From Acetobacterales bacterium (GTDB lineage: Bacteria; Pseudomonadota; Alphaproteobacteria; Acetobacterales; Acetobacteraceae): a stretch of 53,778 nt of DNA. Every line of letters starts with the position of its first letter. Within the stretch, counting starts at the first letter, position 1. Where the stretch lies: contig JBBRVI010000001.1 in assembly GCA_038247025.1 (NCBI GenBank), positions 1 through 53,778 of the forward strand. Reading direction: 5' to 3'. Positions 18,201 through 28,368 of this stretch are shown here, piece by piece. The notes beneath the pieces were generated by a model that did no database searches, was not told where the DNA came from, and saw only the letters and a list, made by a program, of their open reading frames with translations. A program made the position numbers and the translations under genes.

Positions 18201-19295
18201 GTGCGGATCGACATCACTCCAGTGCGGGATTGGGCGGCCCTCGGCGCCACTTGGCGGGAGCTTGAGGCCCGCGCGGCGCAGCTCTCCTTCTTCCAAAGTT
18301 GGAGTTGGGTCGGCTGCCTTGCGGAAGAACGCTTCACCAACCCCGTTTTGCTGCGCGCGTTGGATGGCGAGACGCTGTTGGGGCTCGCCTTGTTCAATCG
18401 CCATCGGGGGCGGCTGCATCTGACGCAGAGCGGCGATGTGATGCGTGACGCTGCCTTCATCGAGCACAATGCGCCTTTGACCAGCGGCGGGCCGGAGATC
18501 ACGGCGGCGCTGCTGCAAGCAGCCGCTGACCAGCGACGAGGGCTGGTGCTGGACGGCGTGCCGCCCGATGTCCTGGCACTCGCACCAGGCATCGCCTGGC
18601 GCTATCAGGAACGCCTCGCCCCCTGGCTCGACCTCGCGGCCGTGCGCGCCCGGGGCGGCGACCATCTGGCCATGTTGAGCACGAATACGCGTTACCAGAT
18701 CGGTCGCTCTGTGCGGCAATTCGAGTCCGCCGGACGCCTTGTGGTGCACCGAGCGGAATCCCTTGCCGAGGCCGAGAGCATGCTCGGCGAGATGATCGTT
18801 CTGCATGAGCGGGTCTGGCAGGCGCGCGGCAAGCCGGGCGCCTTCGCGCACCCGTTCACGCGGCGCTTCCATGCTGCCCTGCTGGCCGAGGCCGTTCCTC
18901 GCGGCGAGGTCGATCTGCTGCGGGTTCAGGCAGGGCCGCATAACCTGGGAATCCTCTATAATTTCCGGCTGCGGCAGAGGATTTCCGCCTATCAAAGCGG
19001 CTTCGACCATTCGCACGATGCCGCCCACGGCAAGCCAGGCCTCTGCTGCCATGTGATGGCCATCAAGCGGGGCCTGGCACAGGGCGACATGGTCTATGAT
19101 TTCCTGGGCGGTGCGGACCGCTACAAGCGCAGCCTGGCAGGGCAGACGGCGCCGCTCCTTTGGGCGGAAATGGTGCCGCGGTGGTCGCCCCGAGGGCTGT
19201 TGGCACGTGTCTCCAAGGGGTGGCGGTCTCATCTTCCCATGGTCCGGAACACCATCCGGGGCAGGAGCGCCTCGGGTGGCGGCGGCGGCGCATGA
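18201..19295 (+). CDS. GNAT family (CelD/BcsL-like) acyltransferase
   Basis: SFFQSWSW, LSTNTRYQI, AYQSG, KPGL, YDFLGGADRYKRSL. Confidence 0.88.
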   Translation: MRIDITPVRDWAALGATWRELEARAAQLSFFQSWSWVGCLAEERFTNPVLLRALDGETLLGLALFNRHRGRLHLTQSGDVMRDAAFIEHNAPLTSGGPEITAALLQAAADQRRGLVLDGVPPDVLALAPGIAWRYQERLAPWLDLAAVRARGGDHLAMLSTNTRYQIGRSVRQFESAGRLVVHRAESLAEAESMLGEMIVLHERVWQARGKPGAFAHPFTRRFHAALLAEAVPRGEVDLLRVQAGPHNLGILYNFRLRQRISAYQSGFDHSHDAAHGKPGLCCHVMAIKRGLAQGDMVYDFLGGADRYKRSLAGQTAPLLWAEMVPRWSPRGLLARVSKGWRSHLPMVRNTIRGRSASGGGGGA

Positions 19296-20221
19296 AGCAT
19301 GGTCCGCAGCGCGATCGCAGCAAAAGGATCACGCCAAAAGCGCGGCTTGCGGGATGCGGGGTCGCGGGCCAACCATTCCAAAACCATGGCATTCGCCTCC
19401 GCCGGAAGGCCAGCGAACCCATCGCGATAGATGACTTCGCGCAGTGCTGCCCATTCCAGGCGTGAGCGTCCCTGCCGCACCAATCGGTGGAAGTGCCGAG
19501 ACGCGTCGCGCAAGCGCCAGGGCTGCCATTGCGGGGCTTGCCAACTCGCCTGCGGCTCCAGCGCCACCCGATGCGGGAGCCAACCACCGCCTGTGGCGTC
19601 CAGGTCGTGGTTGACCATCGAGCCCAATAGCCCATCGCCTCGATACAGCCCGAGCGGCAGTCGCAAACCTGCGGCCACCAGGCGTTCCACGAAGCAACCA
19701 CGCAGCGCGAACAGCGAACCATGCAGCCCGGGATGGGCGATCATGTCGCGGCGCATCGCTGCTGCGCTGCGACCATTGCTCGGCATGGCGGCTGCCGCGT
19801 GGGCCAGGGGCTGCGCAGCGAGGCGGCGGGAGAGAAGGCCCAGCGCATCGGCACAAACAGCCGCATAACCGTCCATGAAAACGTAGATGCCTGCCGGTGG
19901 CCGCAGGCGATGGAGAAACTGATTGATCGCATTCGCTTTGTCGCCGTGAGCGATGGCGTAGATGCGGCCGGGCAGCCCTGTCTCGGTCAGGGCGGCAGCG
20001 GCGCGGCGTTCGGAATCGTCACGCGTGCCATTGAGCAGCACCGTGACATGCAACGCTGGCGCGCCCATCGGCCAGGCCGGTGCATGCGCATGCGCCACCG
20101 CCAGCGCTTGCAGGCAAGGCCCGATCCGCTCCGCCTCATCACGGGCAAAGACCGCAACTGAGAGGGTGTTCGCAGGCGACTGCGACAGGTCGGCGCTCGC
20201 GGCGGAAAGTCCCTGTTCCAT
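19229..20221 (-). CDS. Glycosyltransferase family 2-like
   Basis: SVAVFARDEAERIGPCL, NGTRDDS, GDKANAIN, VFMDG. Confidence 0.8.
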   Translation of the reverse strand: MEQGLSAASADLSQSPANTLSVAVFARDEAERIGPCLQALAVAHAHAPAWPMGAPALHVTVLLNGTRDDSERRAAAALTETGLPGRIYAIAHGDKANAINQFLHRLRPPAGIYVFMDGYAAVCADALGLLSRRLAAQPLAHAAAAMPSNGRSAAAMRRDMIAHPGLHGSLFALRGCFVERLVAAGLRLPLGLYRGDGLLGSMVNHDLDATGGGWLPHRVALEPQASWQAPQWQPWRLRDASRHFHRLVRQGRSRLEWAALREVIYRDGFAGLPAEANAMVLEWLARDPASRKPRFWRDPFAAIALRTMLHAPPPPPEALLPRMVFRTMGR

Positions 20222-20223
20222 CG

Positions 20224-21774
20224 TCAGACCTCCTGGCCAGCGGGTGTCGCCCCGCGCGCGCGCAAGACGCGGCGCAGCGCGCGGCCGATGAGCATCAGAA
20301 GGTCAGCCTCGGCACCGGACGGGCGGCCGCGCATCCACCAAAGCGTGGTGACTGACACGACGTAGATGCCCGCCCCGAGCGCGACGCCGGGCAACAGCAC
20401 GCGCACCGCAGCACCTGCCGATTCAGGCGTACCAACCCAGCCCAGCCCGGTCAGCCAGAGAGCCAGACCCATCATCGCCGCACACAACGCAGGGCGCCAA
20501 AGCCTTAGCAGCAGCGCGCCCGGGCCGATGCCCAGCAGGCGCAACGCGCTTGCCACCAGCAAGACAGCCTCGACCAGCGCGCCAATGCCGACAGCGAATG
20601 CCGCACCTGGCAGGCCAAGGCTCGGGGTGAGCGCCACCAACAGCCCAAGCTTCACCGTGCCAGTGGCCAGGACGATGAACAGAATGTTGCGAAGGCGCGC
20701 ATGGGCGGTCAGCATGGCCGAACTCACATTCCCAAACGGCGCGATCATGCCGGCAAGGCCCAGCACCAGAATCACGGGTACGGCCGGCAGCCAAGCCTGG
20801 CCAAAGGCGAGGGCAACGATCGGCCCTGCCATCAGCGAGACGCCGAATCCGGCGGGAAAGGTGAACAGCGCGAGCAACGCAAGGATGCGCAGATAATCAT
20901 GCTCGCCATACTGCCCACCCTGTCGGCGTGTGGCGGCAAAGCCGGGCATGCAAGCGCGGCAGATCGGGTCCACAAGCTCCGTGGTCGGCAAGGTGGCGAT
21001 CTCCACGCCAACCGAATAATGGCCAACCGAAGTCGGCCCCATCACTCGGCCGATCACCAGGCTGTCAGAACGGTCACGCAGAAGGGTGGCGAGGCTGATC
21101 GCCCAGCTCCATGCCGAGATGCCAATCAACCCGCGCCACGCCTGCAGCGAGAGGCGCGGACGATACGGATGCAGCACATAGCCCATCACCAAAATGCCAA
21201 TGCGATTGACCAGAATGCCGACTACAAGCGCCCAATGGTCGCGCCACCACCAGGCAAGGCCTACGGTGGTCACGATGCCGATGATCCGCGGCAGCAATTG
21301 CAGCAGGAATTCACGTTCAAACTGAAGATAGCGTCGGAATTCCACGACGCCGATATTGGCAAACCCGCTCAGCATCGCGGAAGCGGCGAGCGCGAGGAGG
21401 ACGCTGTACATCCGCTCGTCGGCAAAAAACGTGGCCGCCGGGGCTGCCGCCAACACGAGAAGGCTGGCCACCAGCGCGGCGCGCAGCAGCCCCAGCGTGA
21501 AGGCCGTGTCGTAAAGTGCGCGGCTGGGCACCTCGGCGCGGACGATCTGGTCCTCCAGCCCGATGGCAAGGCAGACATCCAGCGTCACGGCAAAAGCGGC
21601 TGCAAGGGCGATGAGGCCAAAATCTTCTGGTGCCAGCAGCCGCACCAGGATCAGCGTGCTGGCCAGGCCCAGCAGGCGCGTCACCAACCGCCAGGCGATG
21701 ACCCAGCTGGCTCCTTGCGCAGTCCTGGCCAGGATGGTCGCGCTGCCCTGGGTGCTGATTGTGGGCTGGGACAA
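20224..21774 (-). CDS. wzx: Wzx-type polysaccharide flippase
   Basis: Many TM helices; LVRLLAPEDFGLIA, YDTAFTL, DSLVIGR..G...VGHY. Confidence 0.88.
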   Translation of the reverse strand: MSQPTISTQGSATILARTAQGASWVIAWRLVTRLLGLASTLILVRLLAPEDFGLIALAAAFAVTLDVCLAIGLEDQIVRAEVPSRALYDTAFTLGLLRAALVASLLVLAAAPAATFFADERMYSVLLALAASAMLSGFANIGVVEFRRYLQFEREFLLQLLPRIIGIVTTVGLAWWWRDHWALVVGILVNRIGILVMGYVLHPYRPRLSLQAWRGLIGISAWSWAISLATLLRDRSDSLVIGRVMGPTSVGHYSVGVEIATLPTTELVDPICRACMPGFAATRRQGGQYGEHDYLRILALLALFTFPAGFGVSLMAGPIVALAFGQAWLPAVPVILVLGLAGMIAPFGNVSSAMLTAHARLRNILFIVLATGTVKLGLLVALTPSLGLPGAAFAVGIGALVEAVLLVASALRLLGIGPGALLLRLWRPALCAAMMGLALWLTGLGWVGTPESAGAAVRVLLPGVALGAGIYVVSVTTLWWMRGRPSGAEADLLMLIGRALRRVLRARGATPAGQEV

Positions 21775-21776
21775 GC

Positions 21777-23693
21777 TCAGGCCCCCACGAGATGTGCCGG
21801 TGCCGTGGTGGCGTTGTGGCCGGCACTTTGCAGAAAGCCTTCAAGCACCAGCAATTGCCACAGGGTCTGGGAGTGGTCAGCGTGGTTGCCTTCATGTTCA
21901 TCGACCAAGCGAAGGAGGGCGGCGCGGTCGAAGAGACCTGTATCAAGCATCGCCTCCCCGGACAGGCGGGCCCGCACTGCCGGCGCGCGATGGCGCAATT
22001 GCCCGCCAATATCGGCAGCGAAGCCGCGCTTGCGCCCTTGCAGTACCTCGGGCGGCAGAAGCCCAGCCATGGCCTTGCGCAGCACATGCTTTCCGGTGCC
22101 CCCGCTGAGCTTCAGTGAGGCTGGCAACGCCATTCCCCATTCCACCAGGCCATGCGCCAGAAGCGGCGGGCGCACTTCCAGCGAAACCGCCATGCTGGTG
22201 CGGTCCAGCTTGGTGAGAATATCACCGGGGAGATAAGTGTGCAGATCCGCGTATTGAGCTTGCAGCAGCGCATCATCGGGGTCGCACTCGCCCATCAGGC
22301 TGACGAAGCGCTCGGCAGGATCATATCCGTCGAGTGCGCTGCGCAGTGGTGCCGAGAGCATGGCGCGGCGCTGCTCATGTTGCGTCTTGCAGACGGTGCG
22401 GTAGTAGCCGAGCGCGCTGTCGAGGCTGATCTCCGTCAGCGTGGAACGGGCGCGCAGCCAGCGCGGCGCGCGCTGCATGGCCGGATAGGCGGCGGCAAGG
22501 CTGCCCAGCACACTGCGGCGCACTCCCGCCGGTAGCAGGCGCCGTACGCTTTCGGCCAAGGTGTGGAAGCGATAGCGCCGGTAGCCGGCGAAGACCTCAT
22601 CACCGCCATCGCCCGAGAGCGCCACGGTCACATGCCGCCGCGCCAGCGCACAGACAGCGAGCGTGGGCACGGCCGAGTGATCGCCAAATGGCTCACCAAA
22701 GATCGCGGCCTGTTCGCGGGCGGCTGCCAAGTAATCGGTTATCTCCCGCTTGACGTGATGAGTGGTGCCATGCCGGGCCGCGACGAGGGCAGCGATGGTG
22801 CTCTCATCGGCTGCACCATCAAAGCCGATGGTGAAGCTGGCGATGCCCGTCATGGCCTGCGCCGCCAAGGCCGTCACCGCACCTGAATCCAGCCCGCCCG
22901 AGAGGAAGCTGCCCAGCGGTACATCCGCCATCAGGCGCGCCCGCACCGAAGCGTCCAATCTCTGTTCAAGTTCGCGCGTCGCATCAACTGGTGGTGCCTT
23001 GGCGCTTCTGGGGGGAGTCCAGTAGCGGATGGATTTGGGCGTCTGGTCCTGCCCGCAGCGCAGCAGCAGCGCGTGACCTGGTGCGAGGCGGGTGATGCCA
23101 GAATAGATACTGTGCGGGTCCGGCACATAGCCCAAGGCCAAATAGTCATCGAGCGCTGGCAAATTGAGACCGCGCGCAACGCCGGGCACGGCCAGCAGTG
23201 CGGGCAATTCGGAGGCGAAGGCCCAGCCACCATCGGGCCGCCTGGCATGGTGCATGGGTTTTTCGCCCAATCTATCACGCGCAAGCATCAGGCTGCGTTG
23301 TTCGCGGTCCCATAGGGCGAAGGCGAACATTCCCTCCAGCCGCTCCAGCACGCCGACGCCCCATTGGCGCCAGCCCAGGAGAATGGCCTCCGTATCGGAG
23401 CGCGTGCGGAACACCTGGCCCAGGCTGGCAAGTTGTTGGCGCAGTTCGGCGTGATTGTAGATTTCGCCGTTGAAGGAGATGACGACACGACCATCCGCGG
23501 TTGCCATCGGTTGCGCACCGCTGGCGAGGTCCACGATAGCGAGGCGGCGGTGGCCAAGCCCCAGATGCGGCTCACTGTGGAAGCCTTCGCCGTCCGGGCC
23601 ACGATGGCGCAGCAATTCGGCCATGCGATGCAGCAGGCGTGGGTCGGGGATTGCAGGATCACCCGGATGGAACAGCCCGACTACGCCGCACAT
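21777..23693 (-). CDS. asnB: Asparagine synthase-like amidotransferase (exosortase-A system type)
   Basis: N-terminal MCG (Ntn Cys), HRGPD, GHRRLAIVD, FNGEIYN, LSGGLDS, LSGDGGDE. Confidence 0.93.
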   Translation of the reverse strand: MCGVVGLFHPGDPAIPDPRLLHRMAELLRHRGPDGEGFHSEPHLGLGHRRLAIVDLASGAQPMATADGRVVISFNGEIYNHAELRQQLASLGQVFRTRSDTEAILLGWRQWGVGVLERLEGMFAFALWDREQRSLMLARDRLGEKPMHHARRPDGGWAFASELPALLAVPGVARGLNLPALDDYLALGYVPDPHSIYSGITRLAPGHALLLRCGQDQTPKSIRYWTPPRSAKAPPVDATRELEQRLDASVRARLMADVPLGSFLSGGLDSGAVTALAAQAMTGIASFTIGFDGAADESTIAALVAARHGTTHHVKREITDYLAAAREQAAIFGEPFGDHSAVPTLAVCALARRHVTVALSGDGGDEVFAGYRRYRFHTLAESVRRLLPAGVRRSVLGSLAAAYPAMQRAPRWLRARSTLTEISLDSALGYYRTVCKTQHEQRRAMLSAPLRSALDGYDPAERFVSLMGECDPDDALLQAQYADLHTYLPGDILTKLDRTSMAVSLEVRPPLLAHGLVEWGMALPASLKLSGGTGKHVLRKAMAGLLPPEVLQGRKRGFAADIGGQLRHRAPAVRARLSGEAMLDTGLFDRAALLRLVDEHEGNHADHSQTLWQLLVLEGFLQSAGHNATTAPAHLVGA

Positions 23694-23981
23694 TCCGCGG
23701 CTCCTTTGACCACAAACGGGGATTGGGTCAGGACGCGTTTGGGGATGGTGTCGACCATACCGGAGATCGGCCAGGAAATTTGCGGAAGGGAATTTTCATC
23801 CGAATTCGTGCAGGAGGCGAAATTTGCACTTGGCGAAGCGGGCCGTGTCGCGCACGGTCTAAAGTAGCGCGAAGCAATGCTGCGGCCCTGGAATCGCGAG
23901 ACAAGATAAGGGTATATTTTATGATATTGCATGGACTTTCCTAAGTGCCTTCCCGTTGGTCTTGGCGCGCCTCTGCTGCCA

Positions 23982-25115
23982 TCATCGTAGGGCTCTCACT
24001 CGGTCTTTGGCTGCTGGTGGCGTGGGCAATTGGCATCTGGCTTGGCTGAGCCTGCCCTCTCTGGACTGGTCCGAACGCGGCCCGCTTACGCCCGCATTCG
24101 TTTCCTGGGGCCTGGCCCTGTCAGGCCGGCCGTCTCGGGGCTTGGCCCAATTTGACCCGTTGATGCACGGGGCGCCGGCCCGGATCCATGCAATGACGCT
24201 TCGCAGCCCCTCCTCCAGCGCCAGCGGCGGTCCAAGCCGCAGCGCTTGACGGGCGCGCAGCGGCACGCCCAGGGAATGCTGGATATCCCCCATCCGCGCG
24301 GGTGAATTCTGAATGGTCAGGCTCTGGCCGCAGATTTGGCCGATCATGGTTGCAAGTTGCAGCACGGATGTCGGCTGGCCCGTGCAGATGTTGAACACCG
24401 GCGCGTCCGTCGTGGCGGCGTCTTGCGCTGCGATCAGCGCTGCAACGACATCGGACACATGGACGAAATCACGGGTCTGGCGCCCATTGCCATTTATCGT
24501 GATTGGCTGTCCGTCGCTCACACGCTGGCAAAAAATGGAAATGACGCCCGAATAGGGTGATTTCGGGTCCTGCCGAGGGCCGAACACGTTGAAGAACCGA
24601 AGACCTGTCGTGGGCAGACCATGCACCTGGCCGGCAACGCGGGCGTGCAATTCGCACCCGAGTTTGTCCGCACCGTAGGCGGAGATTGGGCGCAGAGCGG
24701 CGTTCTCGGGCAGCGGGCAGATTTCAGGCACGCCGTAAACTGCTGCTGAGGAGGCATAGACCACCGGAATGGCGGGTGCTCCATCCTGCTTCGACGCCCT
24801 GCTCCTGACGGCCTCCAACAACACTATCATGCCGGAGACATTGGTCCGATGTGTCTCGACCCAGGCAAGATTGCAGCGCTCGACGGAGGCGATTGCGGCC
24901 AGATGGAAGCAGCCGTCAACACCGCTCAGAGCCGTCTCAACCGCGTGTTGATCGGTGACGCAGCCAACCATGAGCCTCGCCCCTGGACCGAGATTGGCGC
25001 GCGATCCGGTGGAGAGGTTGTCCAGCACTCGAACGCGATGCCCTCGCGCCAGCAGATCCGCACAGAGATGCGATCCAATGAAGCCACAACCGCCCGTTAC
25101 GAGATAATGCGCCAT
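23982..25115 (-). CDS. NAD-dependent nucleotide-sugar epimerase/dehydratase (GalE-like)
   Basis: TGGCGFIGSH, ASSAAVYG, YGADK (YxxxK), RFFNVFGPRQDP. Confidence 0.92.
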   Translation of the reverse strand: MAHYLVTGGCGFIGSHLCADLLARGHRVRVLDNLSTGSRANLGPGARLMVGCVTDQHAVETALSGVDGCFHLAAIASVERCNLAWVETHRTNVSGMIVLLEAVRSRASKQDGAPAIPVVYASSAAVYGVPEICPLPENAALRPISAYGADKLGCELHARVAGQVHGLPTTGLRFFNVFGPRQDPKSPYSGVISIFCQRVSDGQPITINGNGRQTRDFVHVSDVVAALIAAQDAATTDAPVFNICTGQPTSVLQLATMIGQICGQSLTIQNSPARMGDIQHSLGVPLRARQALRLGPPLALEEGLRSVIAWIRAGAPCINGSNWAKPRDGRPDRARPQETNAGVSGPRSDQSREGRLSQARCQLPTPPAAKDRVRALR

Positions 25116-25165
25116 CAGCGTCTGCCTTGCACGATATGCATTACAGAAAGCCCTATTAGTGTCTC

Positions 25166-25181
25166 TTCATCAATGAAAATT
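25166..25181. promoter_or_regulatory. 16-bp motif duplicated at 42015-42030
   Basis: TTCATCAATGAAAATT, containing the palindrome TTCAT-CA-ATGAA. Confidence 0.5.
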
Positions 25182-25331
25182 GGCGAATTTTTGGCAGAAA
25201 ATAGGTAAATATACTTCGATTTTTTGTTTTAAATCTTAAGTCAAAATTTTGACCTGAAATCAATTAAATTTCTTTATAAATTCGTTGCTACAAGCTCGAA
25301 GATTTATTACGATTTACTGCGAAGGATAACC

Positions 25332-26360
25332 ATGGAAGCAACCGCGTTGCAGATTAGTGTCATAGTGCCTGTATTCAACACGCCGCCCGAGCTCCTGCGA
25401 ACTGCGGTCTGTTCCGTGCTGACCGGCCCAATGGCGCAGCAGCTTCAGCTCATTCTCATTGATGACGCTTCGACCAACCCCGGCACGAGGCACATGCTCA
25501 GCCAGCTCTGGTTCGATCCGCGGGTAGTGCTGCTGCGCAACTCGTGCAACCAAGGCCCGGCCAGCAGCCGCAACCGGGGTCTGCATGCAGTGACACACAA
25601 CTGGATCGCTTTTCTGGACGCCGATGATGTCTGGCTGCCCGGGCAGTTTGCCCTTTGGCAGGCCATGCTGGCGCAGCAGCCTGAGGCGCGCTGGTTAGCA
25701 ACACGGCATTCGTCGCTCATGCCCAACGGCGTGCACATCGCCGCCCCGCGCCTGGAAGGCGGCAAACCCATGGGCGCAGACCTGCGGCAATGGGGAGGGC
25801 CGGAGTTGACGCGGGCACTGCTTAGCAATTTCTGGCTGCACCTGGGCACCATGCTCGTGCAGCGTGAACTCGCCCAGCAAGCTGGCGGCTTCGCTGATGG
25901 CCATTATTATGGCGAGGACATACATTTCATGGCTAGGCTTTCAATCCTGGCGCCGCTGCTGCTCACTGAAAATGTCGGCTATGGTTGGCGGCGGGAGGGC
26001 GTCAGCCTCACCACCAGCCCCCGCCGGCTCAAGCCAGAATCGCTACGCATCTATAAATTCGCCGCACGTGACCCAGCGCTACACGGCTTCCGAAAGGAGA
26101 TCCGCTGGGCGCACTACAGCGCTACGAAAGGCCTGGCCCTCAACAATCTGCTTGCGGGGCGGCGCTGGCAGGCAATGGCCTGCGCCCTCGCCTCCTGGCG
26201 AATGGACCCGCGCGAGTGGCGTGAATTTGGGCTCTTCATGGGCCTCATGCTCCGCGAGCGTGTTGTTGATGCGCAGGAAATGGATCGGCTCGCGCTGCGT
26301 TACAGCCGGGCCGAGCGCTTTGTCGGCAAGAGCGCGGCCCCCTTGGGAGGACAACTATGA
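25332..26360 (+). CDS. Glycosyltransferase family 2
   Basis: ISVIVPVFN, IDDAST, GPASSRNRG, FLDADD, GED. Confidence 0.92.
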   Translation: MEATALQISVIVPVFNTPPELLRTAVCSVLTGPMAQQLQLILIDDASTNPGTRHMLSQLWFDPRVVLLRNSCNQGPASSRNRGLHAVTHNWIAFLDADDVWLPGQFALWQAMLAQQPEARWLATRHSSLMPNGVHIAAPRLEGGKPMGADLRQWGGPELTRALLSNFWLHLGTMLVQRELAQQAGGFADGHYYGEDIHFMARLSILAPLLLTENVGYGWRREGVSLTTSPRRLKPESLRIYKFAARDPALHGFRKEIRWAHYSATKGLALNNLLAGRRWQAMACALASWRMDPREWREFGLFMGLMLRERVVDAQEMDRLALRYSRAERFVGKSAAPLGGQL

Positions 26361-27337
26361 GTGCACCCGCGATCTCTGCTTCCCCCGGCCCGTCCCTGAC
26401 CCCGAGCAAGGCGCTCTCCCCTGGTCGGTTCCTGCGCGATACAGCCTTGCGCCTGGCCTGCGGCGTGACCCGGCAGGCTTTACGCCATGCGCCCGGTAGT
26501 CAGGCAAAGCAGCGCATATGGGATGGTGTGGTGCGTCCCTACCTTATTTGGCGCACGCTGGAGATTGAGGCCAAGTCCGCGTTCGGCGCACGCTTTACCG
26601 GACAATTTCCTGACAGCATCCACGGTTACATGTACTTCTTCGGCGTCTGGGAGCCCGCGATCACAGCCTTCTACAGGGCAAACCTCAACCCGGGTGATGT
26701 CGTAATCGACGTTGGCGCCAATGTCGGCGTCCACAGCCTCTTGGCGGCAAGCCTGGTGGGTGCCACGGGCCGGGTTCATGCGGTCGAGGCCTCACCCTGG
26801 ATCCATGCGCGGCTGCGGCACAACATACGGACCAATGGCTACACACAGGTTCAAACCTACAATCTGGCCGCCACCCATGCGCCGGACTTGGTGCGCGTGT
26901 TCCTGCATGACCTCAGCAATCTGGGCGGAACCACCATCATTCCCAGCGAGGCCGAGCGGCTTGGCTCGGCCTGCGAGGCGCAGGTGCAGGGCCTGCCCTT
27001 GCCCCAGATCATCCCGATGGAGGAACTACTGGCCGCGCGCCTGATCAAGATCGACGTGGAGGGCGCCGAATGGCTGGTGGTGCAGGGCATGCGCAGCGTG
27101 CTCCCTCATCTGCGCGCCGATTGCGATATCCTGATGGAACTCAATCCCGCAGCCCTGGAAGCGCTGGGAGGCTCCCTCGATTCCCTGCTGGAGATCTTCG
27201 GCGAGGCCGGCTTCCAGCCCTTCGAGATCGCCAATCCTTATCAGGTGCACGACTACATCACCTCGCCGCCGGCTACACTGACACCCTTCACCCGCCGCGA
27301 TTTCGACCTCGCTGATCTGGTGTTCCGCCGCCCATGA
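26357..27337 (+). CDS. FkbM family methyltransferase
   Basis: GVWEP, IDVGANVG, AVEASP, LIKIDVEGAE; ATGA-coupled. Confidence 0.9.
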   Translation: MSAPAISASPGPSLTPSKALSPGRFLRDTALRLACGVTRQALRHAPGSQAKQRIWDGVVRPYLIWRTLEIEAKSAFGARFTGQFPDSIHGYMYFFGVWEPAITAFYRANLNPGDVVIDVGANVGVHSLLAASLVGATGRVHAVEASPWIHARLRHNIRTNGYTQVQTYNLAATHAPDLVRVFLHDLSNLGGTTIIPSEAERLGSACEAQVQGLPLPQIIPMEELLAARLIKIDVEGAEWLVVQGMRSVLPHLRADCDILMELNPAALEALGGSLDSLLEIFGEAGFQPFEIANPYQVHDYITSPPATLTPFTRRDFDLADLVFRRP

Positions 27338-28368
27338 GCACAGCGCGGCGCAGCCTGAGCGTGGTGATCCCTACCTACAATCGCGCTGCCCTGCTGCGTG
27401 AGACGCTGGCCGCCGTGCTGGCGCAGGAATGCCTGGCCGATGAAGTCATCGTGGTCGATGACGGCTCGACCGACGGCACGGCGCAGATGTTGGCCGGCTT
27501 GGGTGTGCGACTGTTGCGCCAGGCCAATGCGGGGGATTTGGCAGCGCGCAACACTGGCCTCGCCGCCGCATCGGGCGATCTCGTTGCATTCTGCGACAGC
27601 GATGATCTCTGGCGTCCAGGCTTCCTGGCCGCCATGCAGGCGCTGTGGCAGGCAGAGCCCCGGCTCGTCGCGGGCTTCGGCAATTTCCGGATCATTCGCA
27701 ATGGCGCATGGCTGCCAGACGCCAAGTTCGCCACCGCGTCCCCAGGCTTCTGGGACGGGCTGCGCGAAGTGGGTCCTGGCCTGTCCGTCTTCGACACGCC
27801 GATCGTGGACCGATTGATCCGCTTCCAGCCCTGCTTTCCTTCCGCGCTGGTGGTGGATCGCAACCACATGCTTGGCATTGGCGGCTGGGACGAAAGCGTT
27901 GGCCGCACCGTGGGCACGGATTTCGCCACCATGCTGCACCTTGCTGAGCACGCGCCGATCGGTGTGGTGCAGGCGCCGCTGGTGGGCATTCGCAAGCATG
28001 CCGGCAATTACTCGGCCGATGTCCAGGCAATGAACCTTGGCGATGCGCTGATTCTGGAACATGTTCTGGCGCGCCGCCCGGCGCTGCGGTCGCTGGCCCC
28101 CGTGATCAAGGCAAGCGTTGCGGCACGTCGGGGCGATGCGCTCGATACCGCCTTCGCGCGGCGCGATTTCGCCGCGGTGCGCGCGATCGGCCGCCTTCTT
28201 CCCGCACCGGGAGCCGCGCGGAAAACCAAGATGGCCGTGGCCGCGTTGCCGGCGCCGATGGACCGTATGGCCAGTGCCGCGCTGCTGATGCTGGGCTCGC
28301 TGCGCGCTCAGGCTTCGCGCAGCAACGCGCCAACACCTGGGGCGGAGCGGCCGTCCAACCAGGGATAG
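27334..28368 (+). CDS. Glycosyltransferase family 2
   Basis: SVVIPTYNR, VVDDGSTDGT, ARNTG, FCDSDD. Confidence 0.92.
   Translation: MSTARRSLSVVIPTYNRAALLRETLAAVLAQECLADEVIVVDDGSTDGTAQMLAGLGVRLLRQANAGDLAARNTGLAAASGDLVAFCDSDDLWRPGFLAAMQALWQAEPRLVAGFGNFRIIRNGAWLPDAKFATASPGFWDGLREVGPGLSVFDTPIVDRLIRFQPCFPSALVVDRNHMLGIGGWDESVGRTVGTDFATMLHLAEHAPIGVVQAPLVGIRKHAGNYSADVQAMNLGDALILEHVLARRPALRSLAPVIKASVAARRGDALDTAFARRDFAAVRAIGRLLPAPGAARKTKMAVAALPAPMDRMASAALLMLGSLRAQASRSNAPTPGAERPSNQG

Noticed and set aside
18128-18592. N-terminal 155 aa of the listed 915-aa ORF
   Set aside because: Antisense to the GNAT at 18201; true start at 18127 has an RBS
23873-23888. Possible sigma-54 site upstream of asnB (minus GGGCCGCAGCATTGCT)
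   Set aside because: Poor -24 element and no enhancer box at about 60 nt
23982-24170. About 60-aa C-terminal extension of the epimerase
   Set aside because: Low complexity with no motif; likely a neutral extension
25181-25196. GG-N10-GC spacing (TGGCGAATTTTTGGCA); likewise 42114-42129
   Set aside because: Weak consensus match and no PrsR box at the expected spacing
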